Notes: a model not told the origin generated them from the sequence alone. A stretch of DNA of 64,000 bases from Mobula hypostoma (GCF_963921235.1 NC_086097.1:238206001-238270000), one strand, 5' to 3'. Shown: positions 48,528 through 62,047, counted from the first letter of the stretch. A program made the numbers and translations.

Positions 48528-50310
48528 TAAGACCATGAGACATAGGAGCAGAATTAGGTCACTTGGCACATCAAGTATCTTCAACATTCTATCATAGCTG
48601 ATTTATTATCTCTCTCGACCCAATTCTCTTGCCTTCTCCCTGTAATCTTTGATGCCTTTGTTAATCAAGAACCTTCAACCTCCACTTCAAATGCACCCAA
48701 TGACTTGGCCTTCTCAGCTGTCTGTAAGAATGAATTCCACAGATTCACCACCCTTTGTCTAAAGAAGTTCCTCCTCATCTCTGTTCCAAAGGGAAGTCCT
48801 TGTATTCAGAGGCTGTGCCCTCTCAGAATCAGAATCAGGTTTACTATCACTGGCATGTGTCCTGATCCTAGATTCCCCACTTTGCCATATCACTGCTATC
48901 TAAACCTTTCAATATGCAATAGCTTTCAATGAGATTTCCCCTTTATCCTTCTAAACTTCTGTAAGAACAGACCCAGAGCCATCAAACTCTCCTCATACAT
49001 CAACCACTCCATTCATGAAATCATTCCTGTGAACCTCCTCCAGATCCTCTTCAATGCCAGCATATCCTTTCTTAGATTTTGGGGCCCAAACATACTCACT
49101 TCAGCATTAGTACTGTCACAGAGAAGTTATCCACAGAGGATGAGTAACTGGAGAAATTCAAAGGATCATTTGAAACTGTACATGTAATTAGCAGTGTGAC
49201 TCAACAGCCATAAAAAAGTCACCACTGTCAGCCACGCTTCATGGTTTGAAACTGCCTTACCATGAACTCTGACATTATTCAGATAATTAAAACTCTGCAT
49301 CACTGTGAATTCAACCACAAATATATTAATAAGAATCAACCACTGAAAACAGAGACAGATAAACACTATAAGACAAGATACAGGTGCAGAATTAGGCCAT
49401 TTTGCCCATCGAGTCTGCTCCACCATTTCATCATGGCTGATCATTTTCCCTCCTAGCCCCCAATCTCCTGCCTTTCCCCAACCCCCACATCCCTTGACAC
49501 CTTGACCAATCCAGAATTTTATCACCCTCTGCTTTAAATACACATAAATACTTGGCCTCTACAGCCACCTGTGGCAACAAATTCCACTGATTGACACTCT
49601 CAGGATAAAGAGAGTAAAGTAACATGATAGAGGTGAACAAAGTCAGAGACTTTTTCCCAGGGCAGAATGGCTAATATGAGGGGCATAATTTTAAGGTGAT
49701 TGGAGGAAACTAAGAGGAATATAAAACGTAGTTTTTTTTTTACACAGCGAGCGGTGGGTGCATAGAACACACTCCCAAAAGTGGTGGGAGAGGCAGATAC
49801 AATAGGGACATTTATGGCACTCTTAGATATTCACATGGGTGTTAGAAAAAATGGAGGGTTAGATTGATCTTAGAGTAGCGCAACATTGTAGATCGAAGTG
49901 CGGTAATGTTCTACATTTGTTTTACACACAGTAGCAACTTCATTGAGTAATTATGGTATTTCTGCTGGGCTCTGGTATCATTGTAAAGTACGGCACAGAA
50001 ATAGGCCATACCGAACTATTTAAACTGCCTACTTCCATCAATTGCGCCAGGACCATAGCCTTCCGTAACCCCATCCACATACCTATTCAAACTTCTCTTA
50101 GACTTTGAAATCGAACTTGCATACACAAGTTGCACTGACAGCTCATTCCACACTCACACATCCCTTTGAGTGAAAAAGTTTCCCCTCATGTTCCCCTTAA
50201 ACTTTTCACCTTTCATTTCTAACCCATGACCTCTTTGTGGGAAAAGCCTGCTTGCATTTACCCTATCTATCCCCCTCAGAACTTAGTATACATCTGTTAA
50301 ATCACCTCTC
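48528..50310. mobile_element. Cluster of older CR1 3' fragments in both orientations
   Basis: Tails aagaccatgagac (48529) and ataagacaagata (49368); + fragment 49600-49910; - fragment 49985-50310. Confidence 0.65.
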
Positions 50311-50329
50311 ACGCTCCGATAAAGTCCTA

Positions 50330-50826
50330 TCTTTGTAGTCTTCTGCCACTGTAGCTCACTGGCTTAAAGACTGTCGTGTTGTGCATTTAGAGATACATCT
50401 CTGCACTGTTGTAACATGTGGTCATTTGAGTCACGCTCGCCTTCCTGTCAGCTTGAACCAGTCTGGCCATTCTCCTCTGACCTCCCTCATTACCAATACA
50501 TTTTCCACAGAACTGCCACTCCCTGGATTTTTTTTTTTCCCTTTTTGCACCATTCTCTGTAAACTCGAGACTGCTGTGTGCAAAAATTCCAGGACAGCAG
50601 CAGTTTCTGAGATACTCAAACCACCTCATCTGGTACTTACAATCATTTCACGGCCAAAGTCACTTAGATCACAGTTCTTCCCCAGTCTGATGCTTGGTCT
50701 GAACAACTGAATTTCTTGACCATGTCTGCATGCTTTTGTGCTTTGAATTGCTGCCACATGATTGGCTGATAAGATATTTGCATTAATGAGCAGATGAGCA
50801 AGTTTACCTGATAAAGTGGTTGCTCT
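50330..50826 (-). mobile_element. Tc1-like transposon, transposase N-terminus and left end
   Basis: LGKNCDLSDFGREMIV and SISETAAVLEFLHTAVS (paired-like HTH); end tacctgataaagtgg; a related end occurs at 54550-54688. Confidence 0.75.
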
Positions 50827-50874
50827 ATTAAAGTCGCCAGTGAGATCTAAAACTGGACACATGTTTATTAAGTA

Positions 50875-51993
50875 CAGTACTGTGCAAAATTCTAAGGAAA
50901 TCTAGCTATTTATATGTACCTAAGATTTTTGCACAGCACTGTTGTATCTTTACGTATGGTATTGTGTGAGTTTTGGTCTCCAAATTTGAGGAAGGACATT
51001 CTTGCTATTGAGGGAGTGCAGCGTAGGTTCACAAGGTTAATTCCCAGGATGGCGGGACTATCATATATTGAAAGATTGGAGCGACTGGGTTTGTATACAC
51101 TGGAGTTTAGAAGGATGAGAGGGGAGCTGATTGAAACATATAAGATTATTAAGGGATTGGACACGCTGGAGGCAGGAAGCATGTTCCCGCTGATGGGTGA
51201 GTCCAGAACCAGAGGACACAGTTTAAGAATAAGGGGTAGGCCATTTAGAATGGAGTTGAGGAAAAACTTTTTCACCCAGAAGGCAGGAACTGGATACTGA
51301 TTGTGGATAATCAGCCATGATCACAGTGAATGGCGTTGCTGGCTCGAAGGGCCAAATGGCCTACTCCTGCACCTATTGTCTATTGTCAGAGAGTGGTGGC
51401 TATGTGGAATGCTCTGCCCCAGAAGGCAGTGGAGACCAAGTCCCTGGATGTTCTCAAGAGATGGATAGAGCTCTTAAAGATAGCAGAATCAAAGGTTATG
51501 GGGATAAGGCAGGAACTGGATACTGATTGTGGATGATCAGCCATGATCACAGTGAATAGCGGTGCTGGCTCAAAGGGCCAAATGGCCTACTCCTGCACCT
51601 ATTGTCTATTGTACTGCTGGCAGAAAAAAAATTATGACATATGTGAGTAATAGTAAACCTGATTCTGATATGGGTCTCTATCGTGGGCTAAGAGTGGAAA
51701 GGGGGCAGGGAGAGGGGAATCATGGGAAGCACCAGAGAGACATTCTGTATTGATCAATAAACTGATAATTTGCAATCAAATGACCTTGTCACGTGTCTCA
51801 GGGCTGAGTGTGTCTGCACTGACATCACTCCACTGCCACCTGTTCCACACCCCTTCCTCATAATTCCCAACATCCTCTGCTCCTGCCAGATTTACAAACT
51901 AACTCTCTGTTCCATGTAAACAAATACAGTACTGTGCAAATGTCTTAGGCACCCTAGCTACATATCTGTGCCTAAGACTTTTGCACAATATTG
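50875..51993 (+). mobile_element. Composite MITE-core-MITE element, copy B, with a nested CR1
   Basis: Mini-MITEs at 50875-50941 and 51927-51993; TA at both outer ends; core homologous to copy A. Confidence 0.78.
50960..51612 (+). mobile_element. CR1 3' fragment with a duplicated 3' end
   Basis: FWSPNLRKDILAIEGVQRRFTR; the terminal ~107 nt occurs at both 51280-51386 and 51506-51612. Confidence 0.88.
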
Positions 51994-52549
51994 TACGTTA
52001 ACAATAACACAACTCCAATTATCTTTCCCTTGAGTTTTGACTTTACACTATAGTTTGCTTCGCTTTTAAAGTCAACTCAACATCCTTCATCAACCCCACA
52101 ATCCCAAAGACAAATGAAGTTTGTTTCCTTCAAAAAGCATCTACAAGTGTTGATTGAGGGATAAATATTGATCAGAGCATGAGGAAGGAATTCCTTCTGT
52201 GAATTTAAGCTGTTTAGATATTTACTTATATACTTAGATATTTACCTCAATTGGATGAAAAAATTGAAAACCTACAACTTCCCAATATGTTTAGCACTCT
52301 CATTAAGAACCACTTTTGTGCTCAAATCTTGGAACTGTTGGTACTGATACTCAAAATGCTAACCTAAGCTCATCAGGTGTAATCCTTACCATCTGCATAA
52401 CAGTGCATCCAAATTCAGTCATGGCAGCCAACCAATTGATACCATGAAGACCACAGCAAACTGTCAACAAGTGGCACAAACCCTCAAGAACAAGGGAATT
52501 TGATCTCTTCAGTCCCATAATGCCTGTTTTCTGATTGACTGGCATGCTT

Positions 52550-54550
52550 TGCTAGTCTACTAAACTATCCACCCATCTACAAACGTTTGTATATTTTAAT
52601 CCAGATCATTGATATACATGACAAAGAGTAGAGGTCCTGCAACGATCAACTCACCGTGGATCTCTTACATCTTAATCCTCTGGAACAGCCTTCCATGGGT
52701 GACCTTTGAAAACACCTTAGTAAAATCCATGCAGACAACATCCACAGCTCTACCTTCATGAACCATCAGTGTCACACTGACGAAAACTCAAGCCAAGTTA
52801 GTAAGGCCTAACTTGCCCCACACAAAACCATATGGGCTCTCCCTAATTAGGCAATTGTCTTCCAGATGCTCATAAATCCTATCACTAAGAATTCTCTCCA
52901 GTAGCTTCCCTTCCACTGACTTCAGTCTCACTACTCAATAGTTTCCAGAATTGTTCTTTGTTCCCCTTTTGAATAATGAAACAATATTAGCTACTCACCA
53001 GTTCTCTGGGACTTCGCCTGTGGCTTGGGGTCATGAAGATATTGGTCAAAGCCCCAGCAATCACTTCTCTTGTCTCTCCCAATAACCTGGAGTGCATACC
53101 ATCAGGCTCTGGGGACATATCCAACTGAATGTTCTTTAAGAACATATCTATATGCTCAGCACTGATCTCCCTATACTCCACATTCTTCTTTTTGTTAAAT
53201 ATTGATGTAAAGTACTCATGAAAGAAAACACCCACGTCCTTCATATCCAAGCAAATGTTTCTCCCTTTATCCTCTAGTGGTCCCATACTCTTCCTAGTTA
53301 GCTTTCTCCTGATGTATGTATATAATGCCTTGGGAGTCTCTTTAATCCTACTTGCCAAAGACTTTTCATGGTCCCTCCTGGCTTTCCTAATTCCATTCTT
53401 GAGTTCTTTTCTCGCTTCTTTATAATCCTCAAGGGCTCTGTTTGATTCCAGCTTCCAAAGCTTTACATAATTTTCCTTTTTCTTCTTGACTAAGTTCATC
53501 ACCTCTCTCAACATCCCTGGTTCTCTTACCTTGTCATCTTTGTCCTTCCTTCTGACCAGAATGTACCTGTCCTGTACTCTATGCAGATGGTCTTTAAACA
53601 CCCTCCACTTGTCCAATATATTGTATTTATGATTTGACCCAAAACAGCTGTCCCAATTAACTCTATTTCCCGCCTAATGCTCTCATAACTCGTCTTGCTC
53701 CAACTTAACCTGCTCCTGCAAGGTCCGTACTTATCTGTATGTATAGCTATCTTAAACCTTCAGCCACTGTTCACCTACTGAGAGTTCAGCCACCTGACCA
53801 GACTCAGCCCCTCCTCTTGCTGGACTATCCACATACTGATTTAAGAAAACCTCCTGGATGCACCTAACAAATCCTGCTCTTGTACTCAGAAGACCTCGTT
53901 TATATGAGGGAAGTTGAATTCATCCAAGACAGCAACCCTATTGTTTTACACCTTTCCTTAGTCTGTCTGAATATCTGCTCCTTATTGTCCCAGTGGGTGT
54001 TTGGGTGTTGGGGGGTCTGTAGTACAATCTCATCAGAATGACTGCACTTTACTATTTTTGTGTTCTACCCGTATACATTCAGTCGACGAGCCCTCCATTA
54101 TGTCCCTTCCGAGTGTAGCTATGATATGTTCCTGATTAGTAATGCCTCCCCCCCACCCTTTTATCTCCCTCTCTGTCTTTCTAAAACATCAAAACCCTGG
54201 GACATTAAGCACCCATTCCTGTCCCTCTCTCAACCAAGTCTCTGTAATGGCCAGAACATCATAGTTACATGTACTGATTCATGCTCCAACTTTACCCATA
54301 ATAATACTCTGAGTATTAAAATACACACACCTCAAACTATCCGGCTATTTCTTTGCTCCTGCCTGTTTTTACTGGCCCTGGCACCTACCTTCCTCTCCAC
54401 CCCTCCACTTTCTGACCTGGTGCTCCAATTGTCAAAGTAGTTTCAACCCTCCTGAGTCGTACTAGCAGATCTCCTGGCCAGGATGCTGGTTCCCCTTCCA
54501 GTTTAAGTGCAACCCGTCCATCTTGGACAGATCATCCATGCCTCAGAAAA
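52550..54550 (-). mobile_element. Old CR1, ORF1 end to RT, heavily deleted
   Basis: ORF 52987-53616 is homologous to the CR1 APE-RT linker. Confidence 0.75.
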
Positions 54551-55048
54551 GTGGTGTGCAGAAGAGCATCGCTGATACACAAGTGGATGAATTTTGAAAG
54601 CGGATGGTCTAAAGCAGCAAAAGACCTTGAACAAACACTTAGTGGCTAAAAGGCACTTAGGTACCTAATAAAGTGACAACTGAATGTAGGTTGAAATCCT
54701 ATTCTCATGTCAGAATGAAGTGGCCACTGAAGCTACAGCCAGATCATCACACATTTCTCAGTTATGTAAGTTCATTAAGGAGCTAATGTGGAAATTGTTT
54801 AATTGTAATTTACAGTACAATTTATGCATTGCACTGTACTGCTGAGGCAAAATATGATAGTCCTCAACATACACCAAAAGAATCATATTCAGATTCTGAT
54901 TCAAGTTTTGCTCTGCAGCCTGAAGCGCAAAATCTGAAGCCAACATACCCAAGTAATACTGAAACACTGCTGAGATGTTGTATTTTAGATGAAATGTTCA
55001 GTCGACACTCTCATCTGAATTAAAACTCCCATGTCATAATTTTGCATA

Positions 55049-55864
55049 CAGGTTGAGTATCCCTTATCCAAAATTCCAAAATCCGAAAAACTCAGAAATC
55101 TGATTTGTTTTGAGTGCTGATATGATGTCACAAATGAAAAATTCCACAAGATGCTGGGGAGAATCCCAGCTGATGTGCAGATCTCTACACACCACAGACA
55201 GTTCTGAGATGTGACCTCGCATGTGTAATGAACAGAAGTTCATGAAAAATAGAGAAACACTGCGTAAAGTGAAAAATAAAGATCTCGATCGTGCATCATC
55301 AGTGCTGGAGTGAACATATGTTGCTTAATGGTATACTGATCATGAAAGAAGCAAAAATCTATCACGTCAAGCTGAAAATTGAAGGCAATTGTGAATGTTC
55401 AACAGGCTGATTGCAAAAATTTAAGAGGCATGGCATTAAATGAAAATCTAGCACCAGAACAAGTTTAAAAAGCTGATTGATTTTATAGCTTACATAAAAC
55501 CTAAAAAAAAGTAAAATAAAAATAGTGTACTGTAAACTTTTAATCAAAACACGGTATCAAAGGTTGAGACTGAAAGCCTGCCTTTGTTTGTTTGTGGTAC
55601 AACAGCTGATTCAGGTATTCTCCCGATGCTGCTGTGCTGTTTTTGTTACCCTGCACACATCATATTTTCATTTTATTCAAGGTATGTAAGAATTTTTAAC
55701 TGTTAAGTATAGATGTATGGTGAACAAGGGTAAGCCAAAGACTGCTTACTGGTGACACAAGTTCAGAGTTGTTAATGATGGCGATCCCAAGCTATCTCAT
55801 TACACATTCCAAAATCCAAAGCACTTCTGCACCCAAGCATTTCTGATGAAGTGCACTCAACTTG
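55049..55864 (+). mobile_element. Tigger4/Zombi-like pogo DNA transposon, internally deleted
   Basis: TIR caggttgagtatcccttatcc and degenerate ..gcactcaacttg; TA at both ends; CENP-B-HTH remnant SEHMLLNGILIMKEAKIYH.KLKIEGNCECSTG*LQKFKRHGI. Confidence 0.85.
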
Positions 55865-56079
55865 TACCACCAATGAAGCTGTCCAGCAAATATCTGCCCT
55901 TCACTCATGCAATCAACATTATGAATAGATGTTGATTGTATATTGCCATGGATACAACAGAGAGCCCTAACAGATTCGCAGGAGAAATGTTACCTCACAT
56001 GGGGCCCTGAATGGAGGTGAGAGGGGAAGGGAATGGCAGGTGTAGTATTTCTATCACTTGATTAAAACATATCTACTCC

Positions 56080-56365
56080 TGAGTGAGGAGCAACTTGAAT
56101 CTGCTCAAATTTGTCTTCTGTCACAACAAGTCAACAGTAGATGCTATTTCATTGTCTTTTCATTCAAACCTGGAATATCTGGACATTGAAGATTTATACA
56201 CCAGGCTGCTCTTCATTGACTACAGCTCAGCATTTAAAACTATCATACCCTCAAAACCAATCAATAATCTTCAAGTCTTTGGCCTCAGCGCCTCATTGTG
56301 CAATTGGATCCTCAATTTCCTCACTTGAAGAACCCAGTCAGCTTGGATTGGCAATGACACCTTCA
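56080..56365 (+). mobile_element. Rex1 RT fragment
   Basis: STVDAIS..RLLFIDYSSAFKTIIP..LCNWILNFLT. Confidence 0.8.
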
Positions 56366-57602
56366 CAATCTTTGTCAAGGGAATGTCATGCCTTACGAGC
56401 CTGATTGAATTTTTGAGGATGTAACCAAACACATTGATGAAGGAAGAGCAGTAGATGTAGTGTATATGGATTTCAGCAAGGCATTTGATAAGGTACCCCA
56501 TGCAAGGCTTATTGAGAAAGTAGGGAGGCATGGGATCCAAGAGGATATTGTTTTGTGGATCCAGAACTGGCTTGCCCACAGAAGGCATAGAGTGGTTGTA
56601 GATGGGTCATATTCTGCATGGAGGTCGGTGACCAGTGGTGTGCCTCAGGGATCTGTTATGAGACCCCTACTCTTTGTGATTTTTATAAATGATCTGGATA
56701 AGGAAGTGGAGGGATGGGTTAGTAAGTTTGCTGATGACACAAAGGTTGGAGATGTTGTGGATAGTGTGGAGGGCTGTCAGAGGTTACACTTTGACATTGA
56801 TAGGATGCAAAACGGGGCAGATGGAGTTCAGTGTGAGGTGGCTCATTTTGGTAGGTCAAATATGATGGCAGAATATACTATTAATGGTAAGACTCTTGGT
56901 AGTGTGGAGGATCAGAGGGACCTTGGGGTCCGAGTCCATAGGACACTCAAAGCAGCTGCACAGGTTGACTCTGTGGTTAAGAAGGTGTACGGTATATTGG
57001 TCTTCATCAATCGTGGAATTGAATTTAGGAGCAGAGAGGTAATGTTGCAGCTATATAGGACCCTGGTCAGACCCCACTTGGAGTACTGCGCTCAGTTCTG
57101 GTCATGTCACTACAGGAAGGATATGGAAACTATAGAAAGGGTGCAGAGGAGATTTACAAGGATTTTGCCTGGATTGGGGAGCATGCCTTATGAGAATAGG
57201 TTGAGTGAACTCGGCTTTTTCTCCTTGGAGCGACGGAGGATGAGAGGTGACCTGATAGAGGTGTATAAGATGATGAGAGGCATTGATCATGTGGATAGAC
57301 AGAGGCTTTTCCCCAGGGCTGAAATGGTTGCCACAAGAGGACACAGGTTTAAGGTGCTGGGGAGTAGGTACAGAGGAGATGTCAGGGTTTAGTTTTTTAC
57401 TTAGAGAGTGGTGAGTGCATGGAATGGGCTGCTGGCAACAGTGGTAGAGGCATATACGATAGGGTCTTTTAAGAGACTCCTGGATAGGTACATGGAGCTT
57501 AGTAAAATAGAGGGCTATAGGTAAGCCGAGTAGTTTCTAAGGTAGGGATATGATCGGGCCGAAGGGCCTGTATTGTGCTGTAGGTTTTCTATGTTTCTAT
57601 GT
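56366..57602 (+). mobile_element. CR1 RT to 3' end
   Basis: ORF 56460-57392 YMDFSKAFD..GVPQGS..FADDTK; tail ttctatgtttctat. Confidence 0.92.
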
Positions 57603-57721
57603 AGTTACCATAAGCACACAGCCTTGTGGTGCACCTGTGCTAATCTCCCTGCTCTACTTGTTTTCTTATTTATATCTATGATGCTAAGCACAATTCCAAC
57701 ACCATATTTAAGTGTGCTGAT

Positions 57722-59745
57722 GACATTACTGCCATTGGTCAACAAAGGGGAAAGAGGTTTCAGAAAGGGACCAAGTGTATTTAAGGGCATTGAGAAAGTT
57801 GGAAGCAAAGTTAATAAAATTAATGAGCTTAGCATGGGTGCATGAAGCAGCACCAATGCAGTCATCAATGTAGTGTAGAGAGAGTTGGGGGGCATTACCA
57901 GGAAAGGCTTGGAACATGGATTGTTCCACGCGCCAACAATGAGGTAGGCATAACTGGTGTCCATGGATACCCCTTGGGTTTGGAGAAAGTGGGAGGAGTC
58001 AAAGGAGAAATTGTTCAGTGTGAGGACCAGTCCTGCAGACAGTGGTGGGCAGTAGTGGAGAGAACTGATTGGGTCTTTTTTTTTGAGAAAAAAAGCAGAG
58101 AGTTTTAAGACCTTCTTAATGAGGGATAGAAGTGTATAGTGTCTGGACGTCCATGGTAAAAATAGAGTGGTTAGGGCCAGGGAATTAAAAGTTGTTGAGG
58201 AGATTAAGAGCATGCATAGAGTCACAGATGTAGGTGGGAAGGGACTAAAGTAAGAGGAATGCAGTCAAGGTATGTAAACATGAGTTCAGTGGGGTAGGAG
58301 CAGGCACAGTCAATGGACCTACCTGTCCTACCAGGTCTGTGGATTTCATGTAGGAGATGGAAATGAGTGGTGCGGGGTAAAGGAACCTTCTGGAGGCAGT
58401 AGACAGGAGATCTCCAAATTTGATGAGGATGGTTATGGTGCCAGAGTTGGAAACAATGTTCTAATTGTTCTGAGTTGGGTTCTTTCCAAGAGGTAATTAA
58501 ACAGAGATGCCTGAGAGTTGCCGCCTGGCCTCCACAAGGTAGAGATCAGTCTGCCATACTACAACAACTTCTGCTTTGTCTGCAAGTTTGATGGAAAGGT
58601 TGGGACTAGTGTGGAGAGAGGAGAGGACAGTGTGTGCAGAGGGGATACGTTTCAAGGGAGGAGAGAGGAGTGCTGAAGTTGAGCTGATTGATAACTCTTC
58701 AACAATTCAAGATGAAAAAATCCACAGCAGGCAGAGAACCAGATTGAAGACAGGAGAAGGGGGTCACAGGTGCAGGGTGGGGAATTCTTGCCAAGGAAGT
58801 GAGCTTGGAGATGGAGCTGACAGAAGAAGAGATCGGTGTCGGGGAATGCACTGAGGTTCAAGTTTCAAAAGTTCAAAGTTGAAAGTCAGATTAGTTTCAA
58901 AGTACCTATACTGTATGACACCACATACAACACTGAGATTGATTTCCTTGTGGGCATCCTCAATAAATCCGTAACAGAAAAATAACCATAATATAATCAA
59001 TCGAAGACTGCACAAACCGTGCGTTCAACCTGTCTGGAAAAGACTACAAACTGTGCGAGTCCAAAAATAATAATGAACAAAAAAGCAAAAAATATTGAGA
59101 ACATGAGATGAAGATGCCTTCAAAGAGAGTGTACAGGTTGGGGAACAGTTCAATGAGGGAGCAAGCGAAATTGAGTGAAGTTAACCCCTTTGGTTCAAGA
59201 GCCACATGGTTGAGGGGTAATAACTGCTTCTGAACCTGGTGGCATGAGTCTGAAGGCTCCTTTACCTTCTTCCTGATGGCAGAAGCAAGAAAGGAGCATG
59301 ACCTGAGCGGTGAGTACATGACGATGGATGCTGCTTTCCTGCGACTATGCCCCATGTAGAAGTGCTCAGTGGTGGAGAGGGCTCTACCCAAGGTGGTGTG
59401 GGCGGAAGTGGACAAAGGTAAGTCACTTGCTGAGGGCAGAACGTTCTGCCTCAGAGAGGGGAAGGTCGGAGGGAAGGTGAAGTCACGGCAGGGATCAGAA
59501 CGAGGATCAGTGAGGGGAAGAGAGCTGGTGACGTCAAAGGAGAGGGGAGGATTGGGGTGTTCAGGAAAGGTAGGGTGGGGGCAAGATGGAGGCCCTGAGG
59601 ACACGAGAGGTGACAGGGCAACCTGAGGGACCTGTGGTTGGAGAGTGGTAGTGGGAAGGGGAACACTGGGGAGTCCTATGGCAGTGCAGAAGGTCTCGGC
59701 CTGGAGAATGAGGTGGCTGGATTTGGAGCTAGAGGCCGCATAATT
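57722..59745 (-). pseudogene. Penelope-like element ORF (N-terminus plus RT), decayed, split by a Rex1 3' end at about 58856-59405
   Basis: LPLSEAERSALSK*LTFV at about 59410-59465; LTLNNFSFDSSHFLQTQGVSM and YIDDCIGAASC..FINFASNF RT motifs. Confidence 0.82.
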
Positions 59746-60344
59746 TGCAGTATGAAAGCAAAAGTTTTTACTTCTTTCAAAGAGCTGACAAGCAGTATCA
59801 GTTGAAGAATTAGCCCTATCAATCTCAGTGACAGGTTGACTTCAATTGTAATTCCAACAACACCGTTCTGTTAAGTAAAAAACAACACAGAGGTGCAGAC
59901 CTGCATAAAAAGAAAAATAACCAAAAACACTGAAAGTTCCGGCTCCTCGCTCCCACCAAAATCACCCACCTCTGCTTCTTACCTAACAAAATACAGTGAA
60001 CTACAAGCACCACTCTTTTGATTTATAAATGAAACAGCAATATTGCACAGGAAATCAAAGTGCTCTCAAGATATTCAAATAAAAATGTGGGTTCGATATA
60101 ATCTGTTTAAAGGGCAGCTGAGACCAATACATTAGTAAATCTTAATATCTATTAACAAGCAACCAACCAGGAAATAAAGACACCATTAAACTGATGATTA
60201 AGTAATTATAGTTCCCTCTTTTACCATTCTTGGAATTAAAGTTCTGAGCTCTGATGTAACATTATTAAGGAGAATGCTGTTGTCTTGGCGAAAAAAATGA
60301 ATAATCAATTATGCAAATGTTATAGAGTCATTGATTCATACCAG

Positions 60345-61770
60345 TCAGTTGAGTGATGCTGCAGCAACAACCTGGCACTCAACGTCAGCAAAGAGCTGAT
60401 TGTGGACTTCAGGAAGGGTAAGACGAGGAATCACAAACCAATCCTTTTAGAGGGATCAGAAGTGGAGAGAGTGAGCAATTTCAGGTTCCAGAATGTCAGT
60501 ATCTCCGAGGGCCTAAACTGGATGCAACGTATTGATGCAGCTATAAAGAAGCCTTACAGTGGCTATATTTCTTTAGGAGTTTGAGGATATTTGGTTTGTC
60601 AACTAAAACACTCAGAAACCTCTACAAATTTACTGTGGAGAGCATTCAGATTGGCTGCATCACCGTCTGGTATGCTAGGGGCAGTGGGGGGGGGGTGAGG
60701 GCAACTGCACAAGATCGAAATAAGCTGCAAAACTTGTAAAAATTAGTCAGCTCTATCATGGGTACCAGCCTCTGTAGTATCAAGACATCTTCCAGGAGCG
60801 GTACCTTAGGAAGGCAGTATCCATCATTAAGGATCCTCACCACCCAAGACATGCCCACTTTCCATTGTTACAATCGGGAAGGAGATACAGAAGGCTGAAG
60901 GCACACCCTCAGTGATCCAGGATCAGCTTCTTCCCCTCTGCCATCCACTTTTTAAATGGATATTGAACTCATGAACACTACCTCACTACTTTTTTATTTC
61001 TGTTGTTTCGCACTACTTGTTTTAACTTAACTATAAATAGACATATATATATTTAATGTAACTTTTTTCTCTATATTTATCATGTATTTCTTTTCTTTTC
61101 AAATCTTTTTATTGTATATACAGGAAAAATGACATGAGTACATTGAAGTAACAACACTTACAATGCCTCAAAAAAAACCCATTATCTTAAAGATTGAAAA
61201 CAAATTTTGTGATAACAAAAAAAAACCGACTAAGCAGAAAAAGTGAGAAAAAAAAAGAACCCATTAGGTGTACAACCCCGGAGTCATGCGTCATACAAAA
61301 AGCTTCTAAAAATAAGCATCAAACCGCCAGCAAGAAAAGAAAATATACTAAAAAAAATTTACAATTAGATCGTGGAAAAATTATATCGATTAATTCAAAT
61401 GATAATAACGGGCAACTGAGCCCCATCTTTTCTCAAATTCAAATAAAGGTTCAAAGGTTCGACTTCTAATTTTCTCCAAACTAAGACATAGCATCACTTG
61501 AGAGAACCATTGCGACAAAGTGGGAGCTGATGTATCCTTCCACTTCAACAAAATGGCCCTCCTAACTATCAATGTAATAAATGCTGTAATAAAATGTAAT
61601 AACATTTTGGTCAGACACAGAAATACCATGAATATTTTGAGGAACTATTCCAAAGAGCACAGTTAATTTATTAGGTTGTAAATTAATTTATCATGTATTT
61701 CATTGCACTGCTGCCACAAAGTTAACAAATTTCACAACATATGCCAATGATATTAAATCTGATTCTGATT
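60345..61770 (+). mobile_element. Rex1 LINE 3' fragment hosting an L1
   Basis: NNLALNVSK.LIVDFRK..VERVSNF; ESIQIGCITVWY; attctgattc tail. Confidence 0.8.
61091..61685 (-). mobile_element. L1 LINE 3' fragment
   Basis: RRAILLKWKDTSAPTLSQW..LEKI..FEKRW ORF2 C-terminus; AATAAA and an A-rich tail; 16-bp TSD atttatcatgtatttc (61075-61090 and 61686-61701). Confidence 0.9.
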
Positions 61771-62047
61771 CATAGAAAAGTACAGACATAAACAGGCCCT
61801 TTGGCCCATCTATTCCATGCTGAGCCGTTTAAACTGCCTACTCCCATCAACCTGCACTGGGAGCATAGCCTTTCCTATCCCTACTATCCATGTACCTACC
61901 TGAACTTCCCTTAAGTGTTTAAGTAGAGCTTGCTTGTACCACTTAAACTGGCAGCTTGTTCCACATGGTCATGACCCTCTGAGTGAAGACTTTTCCCCTC
62001 ATTTTCTGTTTAAACTTTCACCCTTAACCCATGACCTCTAGTTGTAG
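61771..62047 (-). mobile_element. Old CR1 3' fragment
   Basis: catagaaaagtacag tail and cccttaacccatgacctcta. Confidence 0.65.
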
